From positions 3,417,222 to 3,481,221 of the forward strand of contig OZ241744.1 of NCBI GenBank assembly GCA_965200965.1: a stretch of DNA of 64,000 nucleotides, written 5' to 3'. Below the pieces are notes generated by a model that was not told the DNA's origin, did not search any database, and saw nothing but the letters and a program-made list of their open reading frames with translations. A program made the translations under genes and the position numbers. Shown here one piece after another: positions 1 through 9,416 of the stretch. Source of the DNA: an uncultured Candidatus Binatia bacterium (GTDB lineage: Bacteria > Desulfobacterota > Binatia > Bin18). Each line of letters begins with the position of its first letter. The stretch's first letter is position 1.

Positions 1-714
1 CGGGAGAAGATTAACAATCTGCTGGAAGAGTTATGTGGTGCGCGGCTCACCTTCAACTACATGCGGGTCGGTGGTGTGGCCTGGGATTTGCCGCCGAATT
101 ATGGCGACAAAGTCGTCGCTTTTGTGGATCAGTTTGAGCCGCTGGTTGACGAGTATAACGACCTCATTTCGTACAACAAGATTTATGTGGAACGCTTGGC
201 CAATGTAGCGGTGGTCAGCAAAGAGGAGGCGGTCAGCTACAACTTGGTCGGACCGAATTTGCGCGCCTGCGGTATCAAGTATGATGTGCGGCGCGATGAG
301 CCGTATTCGATATATTCAGAGTTGGATTTTGATATTCCGGTCGGTACCGGGGAGATGGGCCAACAGGGCGACTGCTTTGACCGCTATATGACCCGTATCC
401 GGGAGCTTAAGGAATGCTGCAAAATTGTGCGCCAATGTCTGGCCATGATGCCCGATGGGCCGGTGTTGGCGAAAGTCCCGCGTAAGCTCAAGCCGCCGGC
501 TGGCGATGTCTATGTGCGGGTCGAAGGCTCGCGGGGCGATATGGGCTGGTATGTGGTCAGTGACGGGACCGAGTTTCCGTACCGGACCAAAATCCGAACC
601 GGCTCGTTTTCTGCCATGAGTATTGTCGATAAAGTCAGTCAGGGCCTGATGATCGCCGACCTGATTGCCCTGATTGCCAGTTTTGATGTGGTCGCGCCGG
701 AGGTTGATCGCTAG
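1..714 (+). CDS. nuoD: NADH-quinone oxidoreductase subunit D, C-terminal part (5' end outside the window)
   Basis: Frame 1 is open from base 1. The translation (REKINNLLEELCGARLTFNYMRVGGV...IRTGSFSAMSIV...DVVAPEVDR) reads as a NuoD/49-kDa subunit C-terminus. It is followed by nuoH. Confidence 0.9.
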   Translation, partial: REKINNLLEELCGARLTFNYMRVGGVAWDLPPNYGDKVVAFVDQFEPLVDEYNDLISYNKIYVERLANVAVVSKEEAVSYNLVGPNLRACGIKYDVRRDEPYSIYSELDFDIPVGTGEMGQQGDCFDRYMTRIRELKECCKIVRQCLAMMPDGPVLAKVPRKLKPPAGDVYVRVEGSRGDMGWYVVSDGTEFPYRTKIRTGSFSAMSIVDKVSQGLMIADLIALIASFDVVAPEVDR

Positions 715-755
715 CCGGCGACCTGGATAAAAGTGGATGAGTAGGGTAGCGCGCT

Positions 756-1943
756 ATGCAAGAACTCTTTGACCGATTACTGGCCAACGGGTGGTTTGCC
801 GGGCTGCCGACAGATGTGGTGTATGCCAGCGGCATGATGGTGTTCGGGCTGGTTCTTGTGTTTGGCTTTGTGCTGCCGATGGTCCCGATCACGGTCTGGC
901 TTGAACGGCGGGTGTGGTCGCGTATTCAGTCACGCATCGGGCCGAACCGGGTTGGCCCCCAAGGGGTGTTGCAGGGTATTGCCGACGGGCTCAAAAATAT
1001 CCTGAAGGAAGACATCGTTCCTGACGCGGCTGACCGTCCTTTGTTCCGGTTTGCCCCCTATCTGCTGGTGTGGGGCTTTGTCGCCACCTTTGTGGTTATC
1101 CCCTTTAGCAGCAGTCTGATCATTGCCGACCTGAATGTGGGGATTCTGTATTTGACGGCTATGACCGCCCTGTCGGTGGTGGGCGTGCTGATGGCGGGCT
1201 GGTCATCAAATAACAAATGGTCGCTGTTAGGCGGTATTCGTTCTGCCGCCCAGGTCATCAGCTACGAAATCCCGGCTGGATTAGCCATTATCCCCACGGT
1301 TCTGCTGGCCGGCACGCTGAGCATGCAGGGCATTATCCACCAGCAGGGCTGGGCCCCGTGGGATTGGTATGCGTTTCATAACCCGTTCACCTTTCTTGCG
1401 GCCCTGATCTTCTATGTGTCGGCTCTGGCAGAGGCGAACCGTACCCCGTTTGACATTCCGGAGGCCGAATCTGAGTTGGTGGCCGGCTTTGCGACCGAGT
1501 ACAGCGGGATGCGTTTTGCGCTGTTCTTCCTGGCCGAATGGGGTACGCTGTATGTGATCGGGGCGGTAATGACGACCCTGTTTCTCGGTGGTTGGCATGT
1601 GCCGATCTGGACCGAGAATGTCGCGCTGCTGAATATTTCGCAGTTCGTGGTGTTTTTCCTCAAGTCCTACTTCTGGGCATTCCTCGCCATGTGGCTGCGG
1701 GCAACGCTGCCGCGTGTTCGGGTCGATCAACTGATGTCGCTGTGTTGGAAGTATTTGGTGCCGCTCGGCTTCATCAATATCGTGGGCACGGCAGTCATCA
1801 TGGTCATCTGGCCGCACGGAAGCAGTTGGCTGCGGTATCTGATGTGTTTGGTGTTTGTCATGATTGTCGTGCAGTTCTTTCGACGGGTCGTTTTCCATAT
1901 CCGGCGTGCCCGGCCTGAACTGTATTTTAACCCGGCCATCTAG
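756..1943 (+). CDS. nuoH: NADH-quinone oxidoreductase subunit H
   Basis: 395-aa polytopic membrane protein with NuoH/ND1-like motifs (ERRVWSRIQSRIGPNRVGPQGVLQ, EAESELVAGF.TEYSGMRFALFFLAEW). Position in the operon fits. Confidence 0.93.
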   Translation: MQELFDRLLANGWFAGLPTDVVYASGMMVFGLVLVFGFVLPMVPITVWLERRVWSRIQSRIGPNRVGPQGVLQGIADGLKNILKEDIVPDAADRPLFRFAPYLLVWGFVATFVVIPFSSSLIIADLNVGILYLTAMTALSVVGVLMAGWSSNNKWSLLGGIRSAAQVISYEIPAGLAIIPTVLLAGTLSMQGIIHQQGWAPWDWYAFHNPFTFLAALIFYVSALAEANRTPFDIPEAESELVAGFATEYSGMRFALFFLAEWGTLYVIGAVMTTLFLGGWHVPIWTENVALLNISQFVVFFLKSYFWAFLAMWLRATLPRVRVDQLMSLCWKYLVPLGFINIVGTAVIMVIWPHGSSWLRYLMCLVFVMIVVQFFRRVVFHIRRARPELYFNPAI

Positions 1944-1952
1944 GAGTGCAGT

Positions 1953-2558
1953 ATGGCGAATACAAGCGTTCATCGTTACTTCAAAAACCTGTCCGAGGCA
2001 GTTAGCACGATTTTTGAGGGGATGAGCATCACCTGTTCGCATTTTGTGCGCAAGCCGTATACCATCCAGTATCCGGACCGAACGCCCGTCAGGGTCCAGG
2101 ATACCCTCCCGCCCCGCTATCGGGGTATTCTGGCAGTTGATCTCGAAATTTGTACTGGTTGCCTGGCCTGCGAGCGGGCGTGTCCGATTGACTGCATTGT
2201 TATTGACGCTCCAAAAGACCCCAAAACCCGCCAGATGGAGTTGGCCCGCTTTGACATTGATATTGCCAAGTGCATGTACTGCGGCTTATGTAGCGAAGCC
2301 TGTCCAACCGGCTCAATTCATCATACGGCCGAGTTTGAAGGTGCCGATTATTCCCTGGAAAGTCTGATCCGCCACTATGTGGCTACCCCGGTCGCGGCCT
2401 ATAAGGCCAAAAAGGGGGAAGAAACCGATCCCGCCATTGCTCCGATTCTGGAACGCGGTCTGGCCTATATCGCGGATTACGCAGAGCCTATTGACATGAA
2501 GAAGTACAAAACTGCCCAACAGGAAGAAGCCGAAAAAGCGACCGACAACGGAGCCTAG
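1953..2558 (+). CDS. nuoI: NADH-quinone oxidoreductase subunit I (2x[4Fe-4S] ferredoxin-type)
   Basis: Two CxxCxxCxxxCP motifs (CTGCLACERACP, CMYCGLCSEACP). Operon context fits. Confidence 0.93.
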   Translation: MANTSVHRYFKNLSEAVSTIFEGMSITCSHFVRKPYTIQYPDRTPVRVQDTLPPRYRGILAVDLEICTGCLACERACPIDCIVIDAPKDPKTRQMELARFDIDIAKCMYCGLCSEACPTGSIHHTAEFEGADYSLESLIRHYVATPVAAYKAKKGEETDPAIAPILERGLAYIADYAEPIDMKKYKTAQQEEAEKATDNGA

Positions 2559-2585
2559 AGCGCGGACAGCCCGAGAGCTACGATT

Positions 2586-3095
2586 ATGAGTGCATTGGTC
2601 TTTTATTTGATTGCCGGGGTGACCATTGGCTCGGCCGCTATTGTTGCCTTTTCACGAAATCTTGTCTATTCGGCCTTTGCCTTACTCGGGACTTTGCTCG
2701 GGGTAGCCGGCCTGTACGCCATGCTGGCGGCTGACTTTGTAGCTGTTGTCCAAGTCCTCACCTATGTCGGTGGGATTCTGGTGTTGCTGATTTTCGCGGT
2801 CATGCTGACCCACCGTATTTCCGATGTCGCGATATCAAACCGCGTGGTCGGGCCGGTCCCGGCACTGCTCTTTGTGGTCCTTGTCGCCGGGGTGATGGGG
2901 ATGTGTGTGATAGAGGCAAACTGGATCCAGTTCGCTACGACATCGGCTGAGCCAACCACCGCGGGTATTGGTCAGGCGTTCTTGGGGCCCTATATTTTGC
3001 CTTTTGAACTGGCATCGGTCGTGCTGTTAGTGGCCCTGGTTGGGGCGATCGTGATATCCCGCAAGGAAATTCGCGGACAGACACCAGCATCGTAA
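2586..3095 (+). CDS. nuoJ: NADH-quinone oxidoreductase subunit J
   Basis: 169-aa hydrophobic protein lying between nuoI and nuoK. ND6-like layout. Confidence 0.88.
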   Translation: MSALVFYLIAGVTIGSAAIVAFSRNLVYSAFALLGTLLGVAGLYAMLAADFVAVVQVLTYVGGILVLLIFAVMLTHRISDVAISNRVVGPVPALLFVVLVAGVMGMCVIEANWIQFATTSAEPTTAGIGQAFLGPYILPFELASVVLLVALVGAIVISRKEIRGQTPAS

Positions 3096-3123
3096 CCGAT
3101 CTCTCACCTCCTACGCTGAACGG

Positions 3124-3453
3124 ATGGTTATGGACGAAGTTCTGCTCGCTATCGGGCTCCGCCACTTTTTGCTCGTCAGTTTGATCATCTTCGCGCTTGG
3201 CCTCTATTGTGTCCTGACCCGCAGAAACGCGATCGGGATTCTGCTCGGTGTGGAGTTGATCCTGAACTCGGCCAATATCAACTATATCGCCTTTTCGCAT
3301 TACTCTTCCGGCCAGTACGACGGTCAGGTGTTCTCGGTCTTTGTAATTATGCTGGCGGCCGCTGAAGCCGTGATCGGCTTAGCGATCGTGCTGGGCATCT
3401 ATCAGAACTTTTCAACCATTGACGTTGAGGCAACCGACCGTCTGCAGGGCTGA
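3124..3453 (+). CDS. nuoK: NADH-quinone oxidoreductase subunit K
   Basis: 109-aa protein with three TM segments (LGVELILNSANINYIAFS, AAAEAVIGLAIVL). An alternative ATG lies at 3130. Confidence 0.9.
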   Translation: MVMDEVLLAIGLRHFLLVSLIIFALGLYCVLTRRNAIGILLGVELILNSANINYIAFSHYSSGQYDGQVFSVFVIMLAAAEAVIGLAIVLGIYQNFSTIDVEATDRLQG

Positions 3454-3456
3454 GCT

Positions 3457-5634
3457 ATGGAGCATCCTGTCCTTGTTTCGTATCTCCGCTGGATCGTCCT
3501 CTTCCCGCTGCTGGGGTCCATCATCAACGGGGTGGGCGGTGCGCTTATCCAAAAACATCTTGGTAAGGCGGCCAATCACCTCATCGCGGTTGGCGCGGTT
3601 GGCATAGCCTTCGTGTTGTCGCTGGTGGCTTTTGTTCAGGTGTACAACCTTGAGCCGGCCCAGCGTTTCCTGCTGGATATCACCCTGCGTTGGATCGACC
3701 TCGGCGACCTGCAAGTGAATATCGCCTTTTGGGTTGATCCGCTGTCCGCGGTCATGATTCTGGTTGTGACCGGTGTTGGCGGGCTGATCCACATCTACTC
3801 CATTGGCTATATGCACGATGATGACGCCTACTGGCGCTTTTTTACCTTCCTGAATTTGTTCACCGCCGCCATGCTGACCCTGGTCTTGGCCGATAATATG
3901 CTGTTGCTCTTTGTCGGCTGGGAGGGAGTTGGTCTGTGTTCATACGCCCTGATCGGCTTCTGGTATAAGGAGCAGGCCAATACTTCGGCGGCCAACAAAG
4001 CCTTTATCGTCAACCGGATCGGCGATGCCGGCTTTACCCTGGGCGTATTCACGATCTTCTGGGCTCTCAGTTCGATGGGTCACGGCTCGGCGGTGTTCCG
4101 CGATATGGAAGCCCATATCGGCGTCCTCACCGATCCGAGTGTGGCGGTTTTCGGCGTGTCTGCCGTGACCCTGGCCGCAGTCTTTCTGTTTATTGGTGCG
4201 GCGGGGAAATCTGCCCAGATTCCGCTCTATGTGTGGCTGCCCGACGCCATGGCCGGGCCGACCCCGGTCAGCGCTCTTATTCATGCGGCAACGATGGTGA
4301 CGGCTGGGGTCTACATGATGTGCCGGCTGCACTTCCTGTTCTCGCTGTCACCGACTGCACTCCAACTCATCGCTACGGTTGGGGCGCTGACCGCGGTGTT
4401 CGCCGCGACTATTGGTCTGGCCCAGAACGACATCAAGAAAGTGCTCGCCTACTCCACCGTCAGCCAGCTGGGCTACATGGTCCTTGGGGTCGGAGTTGGG
4501 GCCTACGCCGCGGCCTTTTTTCACGTCTTTACCCACGCCTTTTTTAAGGCGTGTCTGTTTCTTGGTTCGGGGAGCGTGATTCATGCTATGGGCGACGAGC
4601 AGGACATGCAGAAGATGGGCGGTCTCAAGGACAAGATGCCGACCACCTATTGGACATTCCTGATTTCAACCCTGGCGCTAATGGGGCTGCCGCCTTTCTC
4701 CGGGTTTTTCTCAAAAGACGAAATTCTGTGGAAGACCTTTTCGGGGGGGCATCAGGTCCTGTGGTTTTTAGGATTCCTCGGCGCGGGCATGACCGCTTTC
4801 TACATGGGCCGTCAGGTCTTCCTGGTCTTCTTCGGTGAGAATCGGGCCGACCACCATACCCAAGAGCACCTGCATGAATCTCCGCCGGTGATGACTTACC
4901 CGCTCATTGTCCTGGCCGTTGGAACTGTCCTGGTCGGTCTCCTGGGTATTCCGCACGCCCTAGGTGGCAGTCTGCGCTTTGAGCAGTGGTTGGAGCCGGT
5001 TTTTGCCGGGGCGGGCCACGCCGGCGGGCACGGGCCGGCGGCGCACGGTCACGGAGCACCCGTCATGGAGTATGTCTTGATGCTGGCGTCGGTGGGGATT
5101 GCCCTGTCGGGCGTCCTTCTGTCGGCCAGACTGTACCACTGGAAGACGCTGTCGCCGGACGTGTTCGCGTCGGTGGGCGGGGGACGGCTGTATACGACGA
5201 TTTTTAATAAGTACTACATTGATGAGATATACGCGGCGACCTTCGTCCGCTTTTCGCTCTTTGTGTCGCGGCTGTGGTCGGCCTTTGATCGGATCATCAT
5301 TGACGGCATTGTGGATGGGACGGCCAAGGTCATATCTGGTGTCGGGTCAATTGTTGGCATGTTTGATAGTGGCATTATTGACGGGCTGATCAACGTTGCC
5401 GCCAATGCCACCTTTGCCCTAGGCAATCGTCTCCGCCAAGTCCAAACGGGCGGCATTAATGTCTACTTGTATATGATTGTCGGTGGTGTGGCGGTGGCAC
5501 AGTTCCTGCCGCGTCTGGTGCCTCAGACGCTGATCAATGTCGCTCTCACGCTCATTGTCGTGCTGGCAGTGATCGGTCTGATTGCTCTGTTCGCTCCCCG
5601 CCGCCCTGCCCCGACCCAGGAGAGCACTGTTTGA
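3457..5634 (+). CDS. nuoL: NADH-quinone oxidoreductase subunit L (long form, 725 aa)
   Basis: Antiporter-like subunit motifs (WEGVGLCSYALIGFW, SAQIPLYVWLPDAMAGPTPVSALIHAATMVTAGVY). Confidence 0.93.
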   Translation: MEHPVLVSYLRWIVLFPLLGSIINGVGGALIQKHLGKAANHLIAVGAVGIAFVLSLVAFVQVYNLEPAQRFLLDITLRWIDLGDLQVNIAFWVDPLSAVMILVVTGVGGLIHIYSIGYMHDDDAYWRFFTFLNLFTAAMLTLVLADNMLLLFVGWEGVGLCSYALIGFWYKEQANTSAANKAFIVNRIGDAGFTLGVFTIFWALSSMGHGSAVFRDMEAHIGVLTDPSVAVFGVSAVTLAAVFLFIGAAGKSAQIPLYVWLPDAMAGPTPVSALIHAATMVTAGVYMMCRLHFLFSLSPTALQLIATVGALTAVFAATIGLAQNDIKKVLAYSTVSQLGYMVLGVGVGAYAAAFFHVFTHAFFKACLFLGSGSVIHAMGDEQDMQKMGGLKDKMPTTYWTFLISTLALMGLPPFSGFFSKDEILWKTFSGGHQVLWFLGFLGAGMTAFYMGRQVFLVFFGENRADHHTQEHLHESPPVMTYPLIVLAVGTVLVGLLGIPHALGGSLRFEQWLEPVFAGAGHAGGHGPAAHGHGAPVMEYVLMLASVGIALSGVLLSARLYHWKTLSPDVFASVGGGRLYTTIFNKYYIDEIYAATFVRFSLFVSRLWSAFDRIIIDGIVDGTAKVISGVGSIVGMFDSGIIDGLINVAANATFALGNRLRQVQTGGINVYLYMIVGGVAVAQFLPRLVPQTLINVALTLIVVLAVIGLIALFAPRRPAPTQESTV

Positions 5635-5669
5635 GCGCGGTGACGCTCGGGGAAGCTTGAGGAGTCTCC

Positions 5670-7211
5670 ATGGAAAGTTATGTGCTCACCCTGATTATCT
5701 TCTTCCCCCTGCTGGGGATGGTCGCCCTGTGGTGTCTGCCGAGCCAGGCGCACGAGTTGATCAGAAGGGTTGCCCTGGGGTTTACCATCCCGCCGCTGCT
5801 GTGCGGTTTTTACCTGTATACGGCCTTTGACGGTTCCAATACCGGTCTCCAATTTGTGGTCCAAGTGCCGTGGATTACCTCGTTCAATATTTACTACTTT
5901 GTGGGCGTTGATGGCGTAAGTATCACCATGGTGCTGCTGTCGGTCCTGCTGTGTCCCATCTGCATCCTGGCCTCATGGGGGATTGACCGGGCGGTAAAAG
6001 CCTATTTTGCCCTGTTTTTACTGCTTGACACCGCAATGGTTGGCGTGTTCTGCGCCCTGGACTTCTTCCTGTTCTACATCTTCTGGGAGTTGATGCTGAT
6101 CCCGATGTACTTTCTGATCGGTATCTGGGGCGGGCCGCGTCGAGAGTATGCGGCGATTAAATTTTTTTTGTACACCATGTTTGGCAGCGTGCTGATGCTC
6201 GTGGCCATGCTCGTCTTTTATTTCCAGTCTGACTTCTCTTTTGATCTGACCAAGCTGCCCGAGGCGGCAAAGACATTCGGGACTGATCCGATTCTGTTCG
6301 GCATGACCACGGGTCAGGTCCTGTGGGTTGCGCTCTTCATCAATTTTGCGGTCAAGATTCCGGCCTTTCCTCTGCATACCTGGCTGCCCGATGCGCATGT
6401 CGAAGCTCCGACCGCTATTTCGGTTATTCTGGCCGGGGTGCTGCTGAAAATGGGCACCTACGGCATTTTACGGATTAATTATCCGCTGTTGCCGGCAGAG
6501 ACTTTCTTGTTAGCTCCCTATTTCCTGGCCGCGCTCGGTGCCTGGAATATCATCTACGGGGCGTTCTGCGCACTGGCCCAATGCTTCAATGAGCCGAAAG
6601 ACCTGAAAAAGCTTGTGGCGTATTCCAGTATCAGCCACATGGGCTATGTCATGCTGGGCATGGCCTCCTTTACCCCCCAGGGCATCAACGGGGCGGTGCT
6701 CCAGATGTTTAACCACGGAACGATCACCGCCATGCTCTTCCTGTTGGTCGGGGTGATCTACGATCGTGCCCATCACCGCCGGATCGATGGCTTTGGTGGC
6801 CTTGCCTCGGTCATGCCGGTGTATACCGGGGTTGTGGCCCTGGCCTTCTTTGCCGCGATGGGTTTACCCGGACTGTCGGCCTTTATTTCTGAGGTCCTGG
6901 TACTGCTTGGGGCGTGGCAGAAGTATAAGATCCCCACTATCCTGGGCGCGGTAACCGTCATTTTTACCGCCGCCTATCTGCTCTGGACGATCCAACAGAT
7001 GTTCCTTGGTCAGCCTAGGGATGACTATGAAGAGATACATCTGAGCGAGATCTCGAAGCGCGAACTCAGTACCCTGGTCCCGCTGGGGGCGATTGTGATT
7101 ATCCTTGGGGTCTACCCACACGCCGTCCTGGATTTGATGGATGCATCGCTCCAGCATTTGAACAGTCTTATTGAGGCGGCGGTCTCAGGCAGCGCGGTTG
7201 CGCTTCGTTAG
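5670..7211 (+). CDS. nuoM: NADH-quinone oxidoreductase subunit M
   Basis: Antiporter-like subunit (FPLHTWLPDAHVEAPTAISVILAGVLLKMGTYG). Confidence 0.93.
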   Translation: MESYVLTLIIFFPLLGMVALWCLPSQAHELIRRVALGFTIPPLLCGFYLYTAFDGSNTGLQFVVQVPWITSFNIYYFVGVDGVSITMVLLSVLLCPICILASWGIDRAVKAYFALFLLLDTAMVGVFCALDFFLFYIFWELMLIPMYFLIGIWGGPRREYAAIKFFLYTMFGSVLMLVAMLVFYFQSDFSFDLTKLPEAAKTFGTDPILFGMTTGQVLWVALFINFAVKIPAFPLHTWLPDAHVEAPTAISVILAGVLLKMGTYGILRINYPLLPAETFLLAPYFLAALGAWNIIYGAFCALAQCFNEPKDLKKLVAYSSISHMGYVMLGMASFTPQGINGAVLQMFNHGTITAMLFLLVGVIYDRAHHRRIDGFGGLASVMPVYTGVVALAFFAAMGLPGLSAFISEVLVLLGAWQKYKIPTILGAVTVIFTAAYLLWTIQQMFLGQPRDDYEEIHLSEISKRELSTLVPLGAIVIILGVYPHAVLDLMDASLQHLNSLIEAAVSGSAVALR

Positions 7212-7240
7212 GAGCGCACAGGCCCAAGACCGCGGAGCGT

Positions 7241-8755
7241 ATGATGAATCTTGGAAGTGTTGAGAGCCTTCCGTATTTCTATCCCGAAGGGATTCTCGTC
7301 CTGGCTATTCTTGTCATCTTCGTTGCCGACCTGTTTGTTGAAGAAAAGGAACGGCTGGGGAATATCGCCCTGATTGGTGTGACCCTGGCCCTCGTCTTTA
7401 CCTCTGGACTGTCCGTGTTTGGGTTCCGCTTGATTGCCGGACTCCCCGGGGCTGGCGAAGGCTGGCTGTTTCACCGCATGGTAGCGCTCGACAATTTTGC
7501 AATTTTCTTCAAAGTGATCCTGTCGCTGTCTGCCGTGGGAGCGATATGGATGTCTTTGAGCTCACGAGAGATCGAGGACTCGGATCAAGGCGAGTATTAC
7601 GCCATCCTGTTGGCCAGCACCTTGGGCATGTTTTTCATGGCCTCGGCGACAAATTTGCTGATTGCCTATGTGGCGCTCGAGTTTGTCAGCCTCACCTCGT
7701 ACATCCTGACCGGCTATCTGCGGCATAACCGTCGCTCTGGCGAAGCTGCGCTGAAATATCTGATCTACGGGGGGGTAGCTTCGGGCACAATGATCTATGG
7801 CATGAGCTGGATTTTCGGTCTGGCCGGCAGCCTGGATTATGCCGAGATTAATGCCGCTCTGTTTCAGAGCAACCCCGATCAGCTGACGGTTTTCATTGCG
7901 CTCGTCCTCATTCTGGCCGGTTTTGGCTACAAAATTGCTGCTGTGCCTTTCCATATGTGGGCCCCCGATGTCTATCACGGAGCGCCCATTCCGGTCACCG
8001 CCTTTCTGGCGGTTGGCTCAAAGGCCGGCGGATTCGCGTTGCTGATGCGTTTCTTCTATCCCGCCCTCTCCCAGCTGAACGAAGATGGAGCCTGGCAGTT
8101 CCTGCCTGGAGTGGAATGGCCGCAGTTTATGCTGGTGATCGCCATGATTACCATGACGCTGGGCAATTTAGCCGCGCTTAATCAGGGGAATGTGAAACGC
8201 CTCCTGGCCTACTCCAGCATCGCCCACGCGGGCTATATCCTGATGGGATTTGTGGTCTTGAGCAACGACGGTTTGCGGGCGATGCTGTTCTACCTGATTG
8301 TCTACTATCTGATGACCTTGGGCTCTTTTGTCGTTGTTCTTGTCGTCGCCAATACGACCGGGCGTGAGGACCTTGACGGATTCCGGGGCTTGGCGTGGCG
8401 TGGGGGGACGCTGCCGGCCATTGCGATGGGCATCTTCCTGTTCTCGTTGACAGGTCTACCCCCGCTGGGCGGATTCATTGGCAAGTTTTACTTGTTTGCC
8501 GCGGTCGTCAAAGAAGAGTTTTACTATCTTGCCGTCGTTGGTATCCTCAATAGTGTTGTCTCTCTGTACTACTACGCCCGTATTGTGAGGACGATGTTCC
8601 TTGACGATCCGGTTGGGACAGAGGGCGAGGTGAGGCTCGACCTGCATAACGGCTCAATCTTGGCCCTCCTAAGTGTCGCCACGGTCGTTGTAGGCGTCTA
8701 CTGGGCTCCGGTTTTTGATTTTGCCGACCGCTCAACCCGTTTCTTTCTTGGCTAG
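7241..8755 (+). CDS. nuoN: NADH-quinone oxidoreductase subunit N
   Basis: Antiporter-like subunit (VPFHMWAPDVYHGAPIPVTAFLAVGSKAGGF). Last gene of the nuo block. Confidence 0.92.
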   Translation: MMNLGSVESLPYFYPEGILVLAILVIFVADLFVEEKERLGNIALIGVTLALVFTSGLSVFGFRLIAGLPGAGEGWLFHRMVALDNFAIFFKVILSLSAVGAIWMSLSSREIEDSDQGEYYAILLASTLGMFFMASATNLLIAYVALEFVSLTSYILTGYLRHNRRSGEAALKYLIYGGVASGTMIYGMSWIFGLAGSLDYAEINAALFQSNPDQLTVFIALVLILAGFGYKIAAVPFHMWAPDVYHGAPIPVTAFLAVGSKAGGFALLMRFFYPALSQLNEDGAWQFLPGVEWPQFMLVIAMITMTLGNLAALNQGNVKRLLAYSSIAHAGYILMGFVVLSNDGLRAMLFYLIVYYLMTLGSFVVVLVVANTTGREDLDGFRGLAWRGGTLPAIAMGIFLFSLTGLPPLGGFIGKFYLFAAVVKEEFYYLAVVGILNSVVSLYYYARIVRTMFLDDPVGTEGEVRLDLHNGSILALLSVATVVVGVYWAPVFDFADRSTRFFLG

Positions 8756-8786
8756 CGGGGGAGATGAGCCAGGGCCAGACTGGGAC

Positions 8787-8815
8787 TTGCCTGCGGTGTC
8801 GGACGCAGGTATGAT
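8787..8815 (+). promoter_or_regulatory. Putative sigma70-type promoter for the tRNA cluster (TTGCCT-17 nt-TATGAT)
   Basis: The hexamers and the 17-nt spacer were read directly. The -10 element ends 15 nt before tRNA-Pro. This is a consensus match only. Confidence 0.3.
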
Positions 8816-8830
8816 GGCCCTTCCTCTGGT

Positions 8831-8904
8831 CGGGGCGTAGCGCAGCCTGGTAGCGCACCTGCCTTGGGAGCAGGGGGTCGGCCGTTCAAATCGGCTCGCC
8901 CCGA
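8831..8904 (+). tRNA. tRNA-Pro (anticodon TGG)
   Basis: Hand-folded cloverleaf: acceptor cggggcg/cgccccg, anticodon stem cctgc/gcagg, loop cTTGGga, T-loop ttcaaat. No CCA is encoded. Confidence 0.9.
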
Positions 8905-8952
8905 TGGAAAGAATGTCAGGGATGAGGGTCCTCAGACTCTCGGCTGGTGAGG

Positions 8953-9026
<74 letters not shown>

Positions 9027-9029
9027 TAT

Positions 9030-9103
9030 GGTGGGTGTAGCTCAGTTGGTAGAGCACTTGGTTGTGGCCCAAGTGGTCGAGGGTTCAAGTCCCTTCACTC
9101 ACC
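9030..9103 (+). tRNA. tRNA-His (anticodon GTG), with encoded G-1
   Basis: Acceptor gtgggtg/cactcac with an extra 5' G opposite C73. Anticodon loop ttGTGgc. Confidence 0.9.
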
Positions 9104-9177
9104 CTTTTGGTAAGAGTCTGTTCCGCAGGCCGGACGCATGGTGGAGTTTTGCCTGGGATGAAACAGGCTCTTCCTCT

Positions 9178-9250
<73 letters not shown>

Positions 9251-9293
9251 TCTTTTGACCCGCATTGCCTGGAGAGGGATTGGGGCGTATTCT

Positions 9294-9377
9294 GCGAGAG
9301 TGGCGAAACTGGTAGACGCGCTAGACTTAGGATCTAGTCCGCTTGTGCGGATGGGGGTTCAAGTCCCCCCTCTCGCA
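9294..9377 (+). tRNA. tRNA-Leu (anticodon TAG), long variable arm
   Basis: Acceptor gcgagag/ctctcgc, anticodon stem ctaga/tctag, loop ctTAGga, long extra arm, T-arm ggggg-ttcaagt-ccccc. Confidence 0.9.
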
Positions 9378-9416
9378 CTGCCCTGAGCCCGGCCTGCTCT
9401 CCACAGTGGTTCCAGT

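Noticed and set aside
4990-5070. Gly/His/Ala-rich loop (AGAGHAGGHGPAAHGHGAP) in the long NuoL, considered as a possible metal-binding insertion.
   Set aside because: It is a low-complexity linker in a region of NuoL that varies between lineages. GC-rich codon bias readily produces Gly/Ala/His runs, and there is no further evidence.
8819-8830. Shared 10-nt motif cttcctctgg immediately 5' of both tRNA-Pro (8821-8830) and tRNA-Lys (9171-9180).
   Set aside because: There are only two occurrences, the motif is short, and it is absent before the other tRNAs in the window. That is not enough to call a processing signal.
9265-9293. TTGCCT-17 nt-TATTCT promoter-like match upstream of tRNA-Leu.
   Set aside because: The -10 hexamer ends at the base immediately before the mature tRNA 5' end. 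Transcription would therefore start inside the tRNA, so this is probably a chance match.
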